DNA of 64,000 nucleotides from NCBI GenBank assembly GCA_002011125.2, contig MTMF02000009.1, positions 440,045 to 504,044 of the forward strand, in the 5' to 3' direction. A program made the position numbers and the translations under genes. Each line of letters opens with the position of its first letter. The stretch's first letter is position 1. This document shows, one piece after another, positions 24,004 to 36,129 of this stretch. The stretch is from Candidatus Hydrothermarchaeum profundi. Lineage in GTDB: Archaea; Hydrothermarchaeota; Hydrothermarchaeia; Hydrothermarchaeales; Hydrothermarchaeaceae. The notes beneath the pieces were generated by a model. It saw only the letters and a program-made list of their open reading frames with translations. It had not been told where the DNA came from and did no database searches.

Positions 24004-24105
24004 ATATATTTAAGAGAGTTTATGAACTTTTCACAAATAATTTTATAAATTAATTTTTGTAGTTATCAACTCCTCTAATTAGAAAAATTAGGGGTATAAA
24101 TTAGG

Positions 24106-25281
24106 ATGAATACTTATAAATTTACAAAAAGATCGAATTATGCCTTTAGAGACTCTGGCGCCTGCGGGATTACTGCATTATTCAATTTAGATTTAGAACC
24201 AGTAAGTGGAGAAAAAATAAAGGACATGATCTGTGTAATGCGGGAGAGGGAAAATGGACAAGGCGCTGGATTCTCGGTCTATGGACTTTTTCCGGAATAT
24301 CAAGATCAGTATTGCATTCAGCTTATACTTGAAGATATCCCAGAACGCCCTCCTGCCAAAGAAAGGGTAGAAGACTTCCTCTCTTCATGCACTGATATCG
24401 TAAAGGAGGAAAAGGTACCAGTGGATTCAAATGTTTTCAGGGAGTATCCTCTCGTATGGAGATTCTTTGTTGAACCTAAGTGTGTCTCTGGAGAAGAAGA
24501 CGATATGATGAAGAATATCATGATGTACATAAATGACAGGATTGACGGCGCCTTTTGTATGAGCGGCGGTAAGAATATGGCAGTATTTAAGGGTGTAGGC
24601 TGGTCGGACGAAATTGCAAAATTTTACAGGATTGAAGACTTGAAAGGTTATATGTGGAGTTTTCATTCACGTTTTCCAACAAACACGCCAGGATGGTGGG
24701 GTGGTGCTCATCCGTTTTCTATACTGGGCCATGCAGTTATCCATAACGGCGAGATCACGTCCTACGGAACAAACGTGGAATACCTAAGGGAACTTGGGTA
24801 TACGTGTACATTGATGACCGACACAGAGCCTCTGATTTATATTTTCGACTATATAGTCAGGAAAAGCGGGTATCCATATAAAATAGCACTTCAAACTGCC
24901 ACAATGGCAATGGCTCCTCCATATTGGAGGGATATTGATAGAATGGATCCCATTCTGAAAAAATGGGTTGCCTCTATTAGAATAACGCATAGGTGGGCCA
25001 TGGCTAATGGTCCTTTTAGTATCGTATTAACAACCAATATGCCAAGACCTACTATGATCGGACATTCGGACAGAAAAAAACTTAGACCGCTAATTGCAGC
25101 TCTTTCTGAAGATGAAAAGACATTTTATTTAGCAAGCGAACTCAACGCTATTCACGAAGTGGATAATACAAGCAACTACTGGCAACCAGACCCTGGAAGA
25201 CCGGTTATTGCAACTGAAGACGGAGTAATGTTGAAAGGATCTGATAGGGATATCTATAAATTTGCGGAGGTTCTTAAGTGA
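24106..25281 (+). CDS. Archaeal-type glutamate synthase, class-II (Ntn) glutamine amidotransferase domain protein
   Basis: 'ACGITALF' nucleophile-Cys context, 'RFPTNTPGWWGGAHPF' and 'HNGEITSYGTN'. A GTGA overlap with the next gene. Confidence 0.8.
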   Translation: MNTYKFTKRSNYAFRDSGACGITALFNLDLEPVSGEKIKDMICVMRERENGQGAGFSVYGLFPEYQDQYCIQLILEDIPERPPAKERVEDFLSSCTDIVKEEKVPVDSNVFREYPLVWRFFVEPKCVSGEEDDMMKNIMMYINDRIDGAFCMSGGKNMAVFKGVGWSDEIAKFYRIEDLKGYMWSFHSRFPTNTPGWWGGAHPFSILGHAVIHNGEITSYGTNVEYLRELGYTCTLMTDTEPLIYIFDYIVRKSGYPYKIALQTATMAMAPPYWRDIDRMDPILKKWVASIRITHRWAMANGPFSIVLTTNMPRPTMIGHSDRKKLRPLIAALSEDEKTFYLASELNAIHEVDNTSNYWQPDPGRPVIATEDGVMLKGSDRDIYKFAEVLK

Positions 25282-26816
25282 CAGCACCAAGAGACAAGCT
25301 GCTTCCTAGATTTAAAACAATTATAGATTATGATAGGTGTATTGGATGTGGTAAGTGCGGAGAAAGTTGTTCATACGGGTGTATTTTTTTCGACAAAGAA
25401 CAAAAAAAGCCTTTTGTTAAAAAACAGGAAAACTGCGTAGCATGCCAAAGATGCGTTATTTTCTGCCCGAAAGAAGCGATTGAGATACATAACTACCCGG
25501 TTTCCTATCCACCTCATGCTCTTTGGAGTCCCTACCACGTACGCAGTATTATAGAACAGGCACGCAGTGGAAGCGTTTTGATCTCAGGCACCGGAAATGA
25601 TAGGCCTTACCCCGTGATCTTCGACTATTTAGTCTGGGATGCCTGTCAAGTTACTAATCCCTCTATAGATGCTCTTAGAGAGCCTGTAGAAACACGGACA
25701 TGGCTAGGCAGAAAACCTAAACATCTCAGTATTAAAGAAGTTGACGGTAAATTTGAAATTGATGATTTCCCTCCTAATGTAATGCTTTCTACTCCACTTA
25801 TAATAGGACACATGAGCTTAGGATCTTTGAGCTATAATGCGATAACATCAATGTATAAAGCAGTAAAAGAGGTAGGCACTTTGATGGGTACTGGAGAGGG
25901 AGGTCTTCATAAGGACCATTATATTTATAAGGACAGGTTAATAGGAGAAGTCGCAAGCGGTAGATTTGGAGTTAGTCCTGAATACCTGGATATTGCGGCT
26001 TTAGAAATAAAAATAGGACAAGGAGCAAAGCCCGGACATGGCGGGCAACTTCCTGGCGAAAAAGTAACGGAATTAATTTCTGAGACTAGAGGCATACCAG
26101 TTGGAACTGACGCTCTTAGCCCTAATCCTCAACACGATATATACTCAATTGAAGACCTTAAAACTTTAATAGCTGCCCTTCATGAAGCTACCGAATACCG
26201 GATACCTGTTGGAGTTAAGATTGCGGCTGTCAATAACGTTGCAGCTATAGCATCGGGTATTGTAAGAGCAGATGCTGATTTCATTACAATCGATGGCTTC
26301 CGAGGTGGGACTGGTGCAGCTCCAAGGATCCTAAGGGACAATGCTGGTATACCTATTGAACTTGCTATTGCATCCGTGGATCAGCACCTAAGAGATGAGA
26401 AGCTGAGACATAAAATTACACTAATAGCCGGAGGCGGAATAAGGTCCCCTTCAGATATGATAAAAATTATAGCACTAGGTGCGGATATTGCGATGGTAGG
26501 AACCGCTCCGCTAATTGCGCTCGGATGCAAGGTATGCCAACAGTGCACTACAGGTAAATGTTCTTGGGGTATCGCTACTGGAAACCCAGAACTTGGAAAA
26601 AGGATTGATATTGAGTGGGGAGCTAGAAGAGTAGCTAATATGCTTAGAGCATGGACAGCCGAACTAGAGGAAGTACTCGGTACAATGGGGATTGATGCCG
26701 TAGAGAGTTTTGTAGGAAATAGAGATAGATTACGGTACTTGGGGCCTAACCCTCATGAAGCTGAAATTCTCGGAGTTAAACATGCCGGAGAGAGAATAAC
26801 TAGGGGCGGAGAGTGA
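25278..26816 (+). CDS. Archaeal-type glutamate synthase, FMN/Fe-S (GltB domain 2) protein with N-terminal 2x[4Fe-4S] ferredoxin
   Basis: 'CIGCGKCGESCSYGC' and 'CVACQRCVIFCPKEA'; 'IKIGQGAKPGHGGQLPGEKV'; 'ITIDGFRGGTGAAP'; 'GGGIRSPSD'. Confidence 0.85.
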   Translation: MTAPRDKLLPRFKTIIDYDRCIGCGKCGESCSYGCIFFDKEQKKPFVKKQENCVACQRCVIFCPKEAIEIHNYPVSYPPHALWSPYHVRSIIEQARSGSVLISGTGNDRPYPVIFDYLVWDACQVTNPSIDALREPVETRTWLGRKPKHLSIKEVDGKFEIDDFPPNVMLSTPLIIGHMSLGSLSYNAITSMYKAVKEVGTLMGTGEGGLHKDHYIYKDRLIGEVASGRFGVSPEYLDIAALEIKIGQGAKPGHGGQLPGEKVTELISETRGIPVGTDALSPNPQHDIYSIEDLKTLIAALHEATEYRIPVGVKIAAVNNVAAIASGIVRADADFITIDGFRGGTGAAPRILRDNAGIPIELAIASVDQHLRDEKLRHKITLIAGGGIRSPSDMIKIIALGADIAMVGTAPLIALGCKVCQQCTTGKCSWGIATGNPELGKRIDIEWGARRVANMLRAWTAELEEVLGTMGIDAVESFVGNRDRLRYLGPNPHEAEILGVKHAGERITRGGE

Positions 26817-26819
26817 AAG

Positions 26820-27659
26820 ATGGGTGAGAATAGACAGATAGTTATAAATGCAAATGAAAATGGATGCAAGCTTTATCATAGAGAATTGAACAGGAAAATA
26901 AGAGAAGCCATTCAAAACGGTTACAAGCATATTATATTAAAGAATATAATGGGACAGAGATTCATAGGGGCTGGGATAAAAGATGATGTAGTCATTGAAA
27001 TCTATGGAGATGCGGGTCTTGATCTCGGAGTATTCTTTGGAGGTAAACAGATAATCGTTCATGGATGTTCGGAATATCTGCTTGGAAATACGCTTAATGG
27101 CGGAGAAATTGTTGTTTATGGAGATTCATGGGATATCACAGGTATGGGGGCTCGAGATGGAAAAATATTTGTAATGGGCAATGGAGGGAGTCGAGTAGGA
27201 ATTCACATGAAGGAATATAAAGACAAAAAACCGGTTATCTGCTATGGAGGCAAAGTAAAGCAGTACTGTGGCGAGTATATGGCTGGGGGAATCATAGTTA
27301 TACTTGGTCTAGATTTCAGAGAAGCTATAATTGACAGAAAAAAGCCCTTAGACCGAGATAATATCGATCCAAGTAAGATAAAAAATTATGATGATCCTAT
27401 TGTTCAATCAGATATTGGTGGAGGGATACACGGGGGAGCAATTTATGTTCGTGGTGAAGTTCCCAAAGAATATCTAGGGGTATACGCAGTGAAAGAAAAA
27501 GCAACGAACGCTGATAAGAGAATTCTAAAACCAATAATTAAAAGGTTTTGTGAACTGTTCAACTGCCCTGAAGACCTTATATGGCAGAAGGAATTCACTA
27601 AAATAAGGCCGATATCTTCTAGACCATTCGGGAAGCATTATAGTACCGTGCCTATTTAA
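26820..27659 (+). CDS. Archaeal-type glutamate synthase, GXGXG-motif (GltB C-terminal beta-helix) domain protein
   Basis: Repeated G-x-G-x-G beta-helix turns ('YGDAGLDLG', 'GGEIVVYGDS', 'GKIFVMGNGGSRVG', 'AGGIIVILG'). Confidence 0.8.
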   Translation: MGENRQIVINANENGCKLYHRELNRKIREAIQNGYKHIILKNIMGQRFIGAGIKDDVVIEIYGDAGLDLGVFFGGKQIIVHGCSEYLLGNTLNGGEIVVYGDSWDITGMGARDGKIFVMGNGGSRVGIHMKEYKDKKPVICYGGKVKQYCGEYMAGGIIVILGLDFREAIIDRKKPLDRDNIDPSKIKNYDDPIVQSDIGGGIHGGAIYVRGEVPKEYLGVYAVKEKATNADKRILKPIIKRFCELFNCPEDLIWQKEFTKIRPISSRPFGKHYSTVPI

Positions 27660-27697
27660 GATAACTTTAATATTGCCCTACGTTTAAAATTAATTAA

Positions 27698-29236
27698 ATG
27701 CAACGAAAGATTATTGGCCTACTACTCTTTATCCTTATTCTTTCTTTAACTGCTACTTTCACTTTTATGAAAGTAGAGGGTAGAAGCTTTGTTGACTCTG
27801 TATATTTCGTTGTAGCTACTATAACGACCGTAGGGTATGGAGATATAGTAGCTGAAACTCTTGAAGGAAAACTTTTATCAGTATTTTTAATGATTCTAGG
27901 CGTAGGTGCTGTACTTTCACTTATACCCTTAGCCTTTAGCTATTTTTTAGAAAGAGGAATTAGGATAAGTCTCGGGCTTGGAAGCGTACCAAAATTAAAA
28001 GATCACATAATAATATGCCGTTACAACGAACTGAGTGGAGAAGCGATAGAGGAAATAAAAGAGCATGGATTGTCATTCATAGTAATTGAGGATGATGAGG
28101 ATAGAGTTAGAGAGCTAAGAGAATTAGACTTACCTTTTATAAACGGCGATCCTAGTGAAGAAAGAATCTTAGAAAAAGCTTCTACTAGAAGCGCGTTGTC
28201 AGCTATACTCGCCTCTAAAAATGATTCGGAAAATGTTTTTGTCGCAATGGCTGCTAAAAATCTTAATCCCAACATTAGATTAATAGGTATTGTCAATACA
28301 AGTGAAAACACTCCAATATATGAGAAAGTAGAAATTGATAAAATTATAGACCCCCACGATATTTCTCTCAAAATCCTTAGTAAAAACGCTCTTTCTCCAT
28401 ATGCTGCTGATTTACTTGATAAAATTTCTCTTTTCGCTGATATAAATCTAGGCCAATTCCAAGTTACCGCCGATTCTCCTCTTTTAGGAAAAACCATTCA
28501 AGAAAGCGAGTTTAGGAATAAATCAGGGGCTTCAATTGTAGCTATATGGAGAAAAAATGAGATAATCCCTAATCCCTCTTCAAGTGAAATATTTGAAGAA
28601 AATGATGTCTTATTAGTTCTTGGAACTTCTACTCAGCTTAAAGAAGCTAAGGCTCTAATTGAGAAGGGGACAAGAAAAAAGAAAATCAAGGAACTGAGGG
28701 AGGAGAAAAAATTAAAACAAAAAGAAGCCGCGAATGAGATTAGAGTTAGATTGCCTAAAGTAGCTTTAAATACTCTACTAATTCTAGGTTTTTTATTCGC
28801 AGTTACTGTAGTTTTTCCCTCAATGGCTGCTGTGTGGAATCTAATACCCCCTGTAGGAACTGCATTAGGGACCCTATTACCAATAACTGCTTGGATAGTA
28901 ATAGCTCTTTTAGTATTCAGAATTGCGGAAGACATCAAAGTACTTTTTGAGATCACCTCTGAAGCAGTAACCGGGCTTTTTCCAGGCGTAGAAGGTTTAA
29001 ACTTACGAAGAGCGATGAAAGACATAATTTACGCTGCAGCTACGGTTATTTTTTTCACTTTACTATCTCCGTTCATCTCTGGAACTCCAACTATAGTTAG
29101 AAGCTTTTTCTCAATAGTTACTATAATAATCCCTATACTTTTTCTTTACGATGCTGGTAGAATACTGTATGGGCAATTAGCTATAATAGTTGATAGAATA
29201 ACGGAAAAAGTAGCTGGAGAATTAGAGAAAAAATAA
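27698..29236 (+). CDS. Potassium channel: 2TM pore (TVGYGD filter), RCK (TrkA-N-like), TrkA-C, then an extra C-terminal multi-TM region
   Basis: 'ATITTVGYGD' selectivity filter; RCK fold starting 'HIIICRYNELSG' (degenerate GxGxxG); TrkA-C 'LLGKTIQESEFRNKSGASIVAIWR'; four hydrophobic segments after a K-rich linker (aa about 355-500). Confidence 0.8.
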   Translation: MQRKIIGLLLFILILSLTATFTFMKVEGRSFVDSVYFVVATITTVGYGDIVAETLEGKLLSVFLMILGVGAVLSLIPLAFSYFLERGIRISLGLGSVPKLKDHIIICRYNELSGEAIEEIKEHGLSFIVIEDDEDRVRELRELDLPFINGDPSEERILEKASTRSALSAILASKNDSENVFVAMAAKNLNPNIRLIGIVNTSENTPIYEKVEIDKIIDPHDISLKILSKNALSPYAADLLDKISLFADINLGQFQVTADSPLLGKTIQESEFRNKSGASIVAIWRKNEIIPNPSSSEIFEENDVLLVLGTSTQLKEAKALIEKGTRKKKIKELREEKKLKQKEAANEIRVRLPKVALNTLLILGFLFAVTVVFPSMAAVWNLIPPVGTALGTLLPITAWIVIALLVFRIAEDIKVLFEITSEAVTGLFPGVEGLNLRRAMKDIIYAAATVIFFTLLSPFISGTPTIVRSFFSIVTIIIPILFLYDAGRILYGQLAIIVDRITEKVAGELEKK

Positions 29237-29354
29237 AATGCGGGAGTAATAAAAGAAAAGTATTGGATTTTAAAAATAATTCCAATAGTAAGCGGAGTAA
29301 AAAAGAGGTGAATAGGCAAACTCGACTAGGTTACTGGATTATTGCCTAGATGAA

Positions 29355-30017
29355 ATGAAGGACCATGTAGTAATTTGTGGTTATGGATATAATGGTAAAA
29401 AACTCGCTGAAGAACTAGACAGAAGGAATATTGAATACATCATTATAGATAAGAGAGAGGATGCTTTTAAAGAATTAAAAAAAATAAAGACCAAAAAAAT
29501 TGTAGGAGACGGCAAAGACGAAGAAACACTAAAGAAAGCATATATTAAGGAGGCTAGAACTCTTCTGATTACTGTAAGCAGTGATGTTGAAGCGGCGTTT
29601 ATAAGTCTAGTAGCAAAGAAATTAAATCCTTCCCTAAACATAATAGTTAAGGCTAATAAACTCGAATCTATTAATAAATTATATCAAGCAGGAGCAACTA
29701 AGGTAGTTTCTCCCCTAGTTATCGGCGGAAAACTCGCAGCAAAATACGCTATTCGGCCCTTTGTAGCAGAGTTTCTAGATATGATAACTTTTACAAAGGA
29801 TCTAGATATAACACAATTTAAAGTTGAAAAAGACTCACATTTTAACAATAAAAAAATAAAAGATCTAAATCTCTCTCAAAAGAAGATTTCAATATTAGCC
29901 ATATATAGAAAAGGAAATCTACTTCCCAATCCTTCCCCAGACCTAGAACTCAAGCCAGAGGATATTGTTGTAATCCTAGGATCCTCGAAGGAGATTAGAG
30001 AATTAACCCATCACTAA
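29355..30017 (+). CDS. Soluble RCK / TrkA-type K+ transport regulatory protein (TrkA-N plus TrkA-C)
   Basis: '[17 protein letters not shown]' Rossmann motif and a C-terminal TrkA-C-like '[27 protein letters not shown]'. Confidence 0.75.
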   Translation: MKDHVVICGYGYNGKKLAEELDRRNIEYIIIDKREDAFKELKKIKTKKIVGDGKDEETLKKAYIKEARTLLITVSSDVEAAFISLVAKKLNPSLNIIVKANKLESINKLYQAGATKVVSPLVIGGKLAAKYAIRPFVAEFLDMITFTKDLDITQFKVEKDSHFNNKKIKDLNLSQKKISILAIYRKGNLLPNPSPDLELKPEDIVVILGSSKEIRELTHH

Positions 30018-32446
30018 TCTTTAACTGTAACTTTAGTAAATGCCGCTACTTTATCTCCTTTATCTAATTTCATAAGCTTTACGCCTTGAGTATTTCTCCC
30101 TATGACCGATATCCCTCTTACAGGAAGCCTAATTATAACCCCTTCCCTACTGCTTATCATAATCTCATCATCATCGGCCACATCTTCAATACCTACAACT
30201 AGACCATTTCTTTTGCTCGGAATTATATTAATTACTCCTTTACCGCCTCTACGATGAAGAGGATAATCTTCTAAAGCCGTTCTCTTACCATATCCATTCT
30301 CAGTAACGGTTAAAATAGTGTCACCTTTAGAAACAATCTTCATACCAACTATTTCATCCTTTTCTCTCAATCTCATTCCAATGACTCCCTTAGCCGTTCT
30401 TCCCATAGGTCTAACGTCATCTTCTGAAAACCTTATTGCTTTTCCATATTTCGCTGCTAGGATAATTTCCCTAGAACCGTCTGTTAATCCGACTTTCACA
30501 AGGTCATCTCCATCTTCCAAGGTTATAGCTCTAATACCCCCTCTCCGAGGATTGCTAAAATCTGATAAAGGAGTCTTTTTAACCATTCCTTTTTTAGTCG
30601 CAAAAAATAAGTAGTGCTTTTCATCAAACTCCTTTACCGCTATATTAGCAGTTACTTTTTCTCCCTCGTCTAACTCAATTAGATTTACTATTGCTTTACC
30701 TTTTGAATATCTCCCCCCAGTTGGGATATTATATACTTTTTTCCAATGGACTTTTCCTTTATTTGTAAAAAATAATATGTAATCATGAGTAGATGCAACA
30801 AATATATCCGAGATCATATCTTCTTCTTTTGTCTCCATGCCTATGATCCCTTTTCCGCCTCTTCGCTGAGCCCTATATGTAGTAAGAGGCAGCTTTTTAA
30901 TATATCCACTACTCGTAACAGTTACAACAACTTCTTCTTCCTTTATAAGATCCTCAATATCTATCTCTCCCGGGTCCTCAATTATTTCAGTTCTCCTAGA
31001 ATCACCGTATTTATTTTTAAGTTCAAACAACTCCTCTTTAATAATCTTGAGAATCTCAGATTCACTCGCCAGCACTTCTTTAAGACGTGAAATAAGCTTA
31101 AGTAGACCCTTATATTCATCATCAATCTTCTCCCTCTCTAATGTAGTAAGCTTCTGTAGCTTCATATCTAATATCGCATTTGCTTGCTCTACACTAAGTT
31201 TAAAATTCAAAATAAGTCCTTCTCTAGCTTCGTCCGTTGTCTTAGAAGCTCTAACGAGTTTAATAACCTTATCTATGTTGTTAAGAGCTATACGGAGTCC
31301 TTCTAATATATGCGCTCTCCTCTCAGCTTTTTCTAACTCAAACTTTGTTCTCCTTGTGACTACATTTTTTCTATGTTTTATGAACTCCCAAATCGTATCC
31401 TGGAGAGTTAAAACCTTTGGCTCCCCATCCACCAAAGCTAGATTAATTATCCCAAAAGTGCTTTCAAGCTGAGTATGCTTATATAGCTGGTTCAAGACTA
31501 TTTCCGGTACTGCGCCACTCTTAAGAACAAAAACAATCCTCATACCCTCCCTGTCTGACTCATCCCTAATATCAGAAATACCGTCTATTACTTTATTCCT
31601 AACTAACTCCGCAGCATTTTCAATTAACTTTGCCTTATTAACCTGATAAGGAATCTCGGTTACAACGATGCAATCTCTATTTTTTATTTTTTCGAAAACT
31701 GCTCTACCACGTATTTTTATACTGCCCCTACCACTACTATAAGCTTCTATTATGCCCTTTCTACCTAAAATCAGGCCCCCTGTCGGAAAATCAGGCCCCT
31801 TAATATATCTCATCAAACTTCTTAAGTCGGCATCAGGATTATCAATTTGATAAGTAATAGCATCTACCACCTCCGCCAAATTATGAGGCGGAATATTAGT
31901 AGCCATTCCAACTGCTATACCTGAGGAACCGTTTATAAGGAGATTCGGGACTTTCCCAGGAAGTATTGACGGCTCCTTTAAGGATTCGTCGAAATTAGGA
32001 ACAAAATCAACCGTATTCTTATCTATATCTTCTATTAATTCCTCAGCTATCTTTTCCAGCCTTGCCTCAGTATATCGCATCGCCGCAGCGGAATCACCAT
32101 CGACGCTACCGAAATTGCCTTGACCATCTATTAACGGATATCGTAAAGAGAAGTCTTGAACCATTCTTACTAGGGCATCGTATACTGCCATATCACCATG
32201 CGGATGATACTTACCTAAAACTTCCCCAACTATCCTAGCACACTTTTTATAGGGTTTGTTAGATGTCAAGCCCATGTCCCGCATGGCATATAGTATGCGC
32301 CGATGTACAGGTTTCAAACCATCTCGGACATCTGGAAGCGCTCTGCCCACTATCACACTCATAGCGTAGTCAATATAGCTACGCTTCATTTCTTCTTCAA
32401 TCTTCACAGGAATTATAATCTCGCCGCTAGGTATTTCTACGCTCAT
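30014..32446 (-). CDS. gyrA: DNA gyrase subunit A
   Basis: '[27 protein letters not shown]', 'GKYHPHGD', '[10 protein letters not shown]' (catalytic Tyr) and C-terminal beta-pinwheel repeats. 810 aa, with no intein-sized insertion. Confidence 0.95.
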   Translation of the reverse strand: MSVEIPSGEIIIPVKIEEEMKRSYIDYAMSVIVGRALPDVRDGLKPVHRRILYAMRDMGLTSNKPYKKCARIVGEVLGKYHPHGDMAVYDALVRMVQDFSLRYPLIDGQGNFGSVDGDSAAAMRYTEARLEKIAEELIEDIDKNTVDFVPNFDESLKEPSILPGKVPNLLINGSSGIAVGMATNIPPHNLAEVVDAITYQIDNPDADLRSLMRYIKGPDFPTGGLILGRKGIIEAYSSGRGSIKIRGRAVFEKIKNRDCIVVTEIPYQVNKAKLIENAAELVRNKVIDGISDIRDESDREGMRIVFVLKSGAVPEIVLNQLYKHTQLESTFGIINLALVDGEPKVLTLQDTIWEFIKHRKNVVTRRTKFELEKAERRAHILEGLRIALNNIDKVIKLVRASKTTDEAREGLILNFKLSVEQANAILDMKLQKLTTLEREKIDDEYKGLLKLISRLKEVLASESEILKIIKEELFELKNKYGDSRRTEIIEDPGEIDIEDLIKEEEVVVTVTSSGYIKKLPLTTYRAQRRGGKGIIGMETKEEDMISDIFVASTHDYILFFTNKGKVHWKKVYNIPTGGRYSKGKAIVNLIELDEGEKVTANIAVKEFDEKHYLFFATKKGMVKKTPLSDFSNPRRGGIRAITLEDGDDLVKVGLTDGSREIILAAKYGKAIRFSEDDVRPMGRTAKGVIGMRLREKDEIVGMKIVSKGDTILTVTENGYGKRTALEDYPLHRRGGKGVINIIPSKRNGLVVGIEDVADDDEIMISSREGVIIRLPVRGISVIGRNTQGVKLMKLDKGDKVAAFTKVTVKD

Positions 32447-32449
32447 AAG

Positions 32450-34438
<1,989 letters not shown>

Positions 34439-34475
34439 CTATTTCCGGCTCTAAAAACCTTTTTATTTAATATAG

Positions 34476-34784
34476 ATGAATTTACCCTTTGCAAGGCTGT
34501 TTGAAAAAATGACTCGGAGAAAAAGAATTATTAATGCTTTAAGATACAATCCTCTAACTATTGAGGAGATATCGGAAATCGCTGAAGTAAACGTTAAAAC
34601 TGTAATAAGCGACTTAAAGCATATAAGGCTCTCGCTTAAAAACCAAAATAAAAGCTTATACATCCAGCCGCCTTATTGCAATTCCTGCGATTCTATTATA
34701 AACATTAAAGATATTAAGAATATTAAGAAGTGCCCAAAATGTAAGTCGGAATGGATATCCAGAGCTAGATTTTTTATAAGGTGA
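34476..34784 (+). CDS. Small transcriptional regulator-like protein: HTH fused to a C-terminal zinc ribbon
   Basis: 'LTIEEISEIAEVNVKTVISDLKHI' is HTH-like; the Zn ribbon is 'CNSC...' and 'CPKC'. Confidence 0.5.
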   Translation: MNLPFARLFEKMTRRKRIINALRYNPLTIEEISEIAEVNVKTVISDLKHIRLSLKNQNKSLYIQPPYCNSCDSIINIKDIKNIKKCPKCKSEWISRARFFIR

Positions 34785-34788
34785 TTAG

Positions 34789-36129
34789 ATGCTTACCTGG
34801 GTTGAAAAATATAGGCCCCAAAAACTAAGGGACATTGCAGGTAACCCTAGAGCAATAAAAGATCTAGTTAAATGGGCTGAAAGCTGGAAAAAAGGTATCC
34901 CCACTAAAAAAGCCATATTGCTTCACGGCCCTCCCGGCACCGGCAAAACCACTACAGCATATGCTTTAGCGAGGGAACTTGGTTACGATTATATAGAGCT
35001 AAACGCTTCTGATAGCCGGACAAAAGATATTGTAGATAGAATCATTGGAAATGCGTCTAAGCTAGGAACTTTGAATCCTAATTTGGTAAAAAAAGTATTG
35101 ATAATTGATGAAGTCGACGGAATACATGGCAAGGAAGAATACGGAGGACTCGCAGCTTTAAAAAAGTGGATTAAAACTTCATTGCAACCAATTATTCTCA
35201 TTGCGAATGATCCCTGGGCACTGCCCAAAGAATTCAGAAATCTGTGCGAAATGGTTGCCTTCAAAAGAATTGATCAGAGGACTGTATTGAAAGTGTTGAA
35301 GAAAATCTGCTCAAGAGAAGGGATTACCGCAGATGAAAGAGCATTGAAGTTAATAGCTACTAACTCGAATGGTGATCTACGTTCAGCTATAAATGATCTT
35401 CAAAGTCTTTCTGAAGGAAAGAAAAAGATCAGTTTAGATGATACTGATATTCTTACAATCAGAGACTCTGAGCTACGGATTTTTGAAACTATGGCCCGCA
35501 TATTTAAAGCAACCTCATGTGATAGAGCTAAGGAAGCTCTCAGAGAATCTGAAGAACAGCCTGAAACGGTATTAATGTGGGTAGCTGAGAACCTCCCTAT
35601 CGAATATGAGGATCCAAGTGATTTAGCAAGAGGATACGATAGCATATCCAAGGCTGATATTTTTCTTGGCCGAATAGAAAGAAGGCAGGATTGGGGACTA
35701 CTTAAATATGCTGTAGATTACATGTCTGCGGGAGTAGCGATGGCTAAGAAGAGAAGATATCATAAATGGTCGCGATATCAGTATCCCAAAATCCTGACTA
35801 TTTACGCTGAAACTCGCAAAAAAAGAGAAATAATGAACTCGATTGCAGAAAAGCTTCAAGGGAAGAAAGATACCTATGAAAAATGTCATGGTTCAAAAAA
35901 ATTAATGAAGTCCTACTTACCCATTATGAGAATAATATTTAATAACAACTATGAGATGGCTGCTCAGATAGCATCAGAATTTGAGTTAAATCTAGAGGAT
36001 ATCAGTTTTTTTATAGAGGATAATGAGACCGCTGGGAAAATATACTACCGTGCAAAAGAACTCACTTCGGAAAGAATCAAATTAAAAACACGAGGAGAAA
36101 AGCAAATCTCACTTCTTGAGTTTGGATAA
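34789..36129 (+). CDS. rfcL: Replication factor C large subunit
   Basis: 'WVEKYRPQKLRDIAGN', 'LLHGPPGTGKTT', 'IIDEVDG' and 'GDLRSAINDLQ'. 446 aa. Confidence 0.85.
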   Translation: MLTWVEKYRPQKLRDIAGNPRAIKDLVKWAESWKKGIPTKKAILLHGPPGTGKTTTAYALARELGYDYIELNASDSRTKDIVDRIIGNASKLGTLNPNLVKKVLIIDEVDGIHGKEEYGGLAALKKWIKTSLQPIILIANDPWALPKEFRNLCEMVAFKRIDQRTVLKVLKKICSREGITADERALKLIATNSNGDLRSAINDLQSLSEGKKKISLDDTDILTIRDSELRIFETMARIFKATSCDRAKEALRESEEQPETVLMWVAENLPIEYEDPSDLARGYDSISKADIFLGRIERRQDWGLLKYAVDYMSAGVAMAKKRRYHKWSRYQYPKILTIYAETRKKREIMNSIAEKLQGKKDTYEKCHGSKKLMKSYLPIMRIIFNNNYEMAAQIASEFELNLEDISFFIEDNETAGKIYYRAKELTSERIKLKTRGEKQISLLEFG

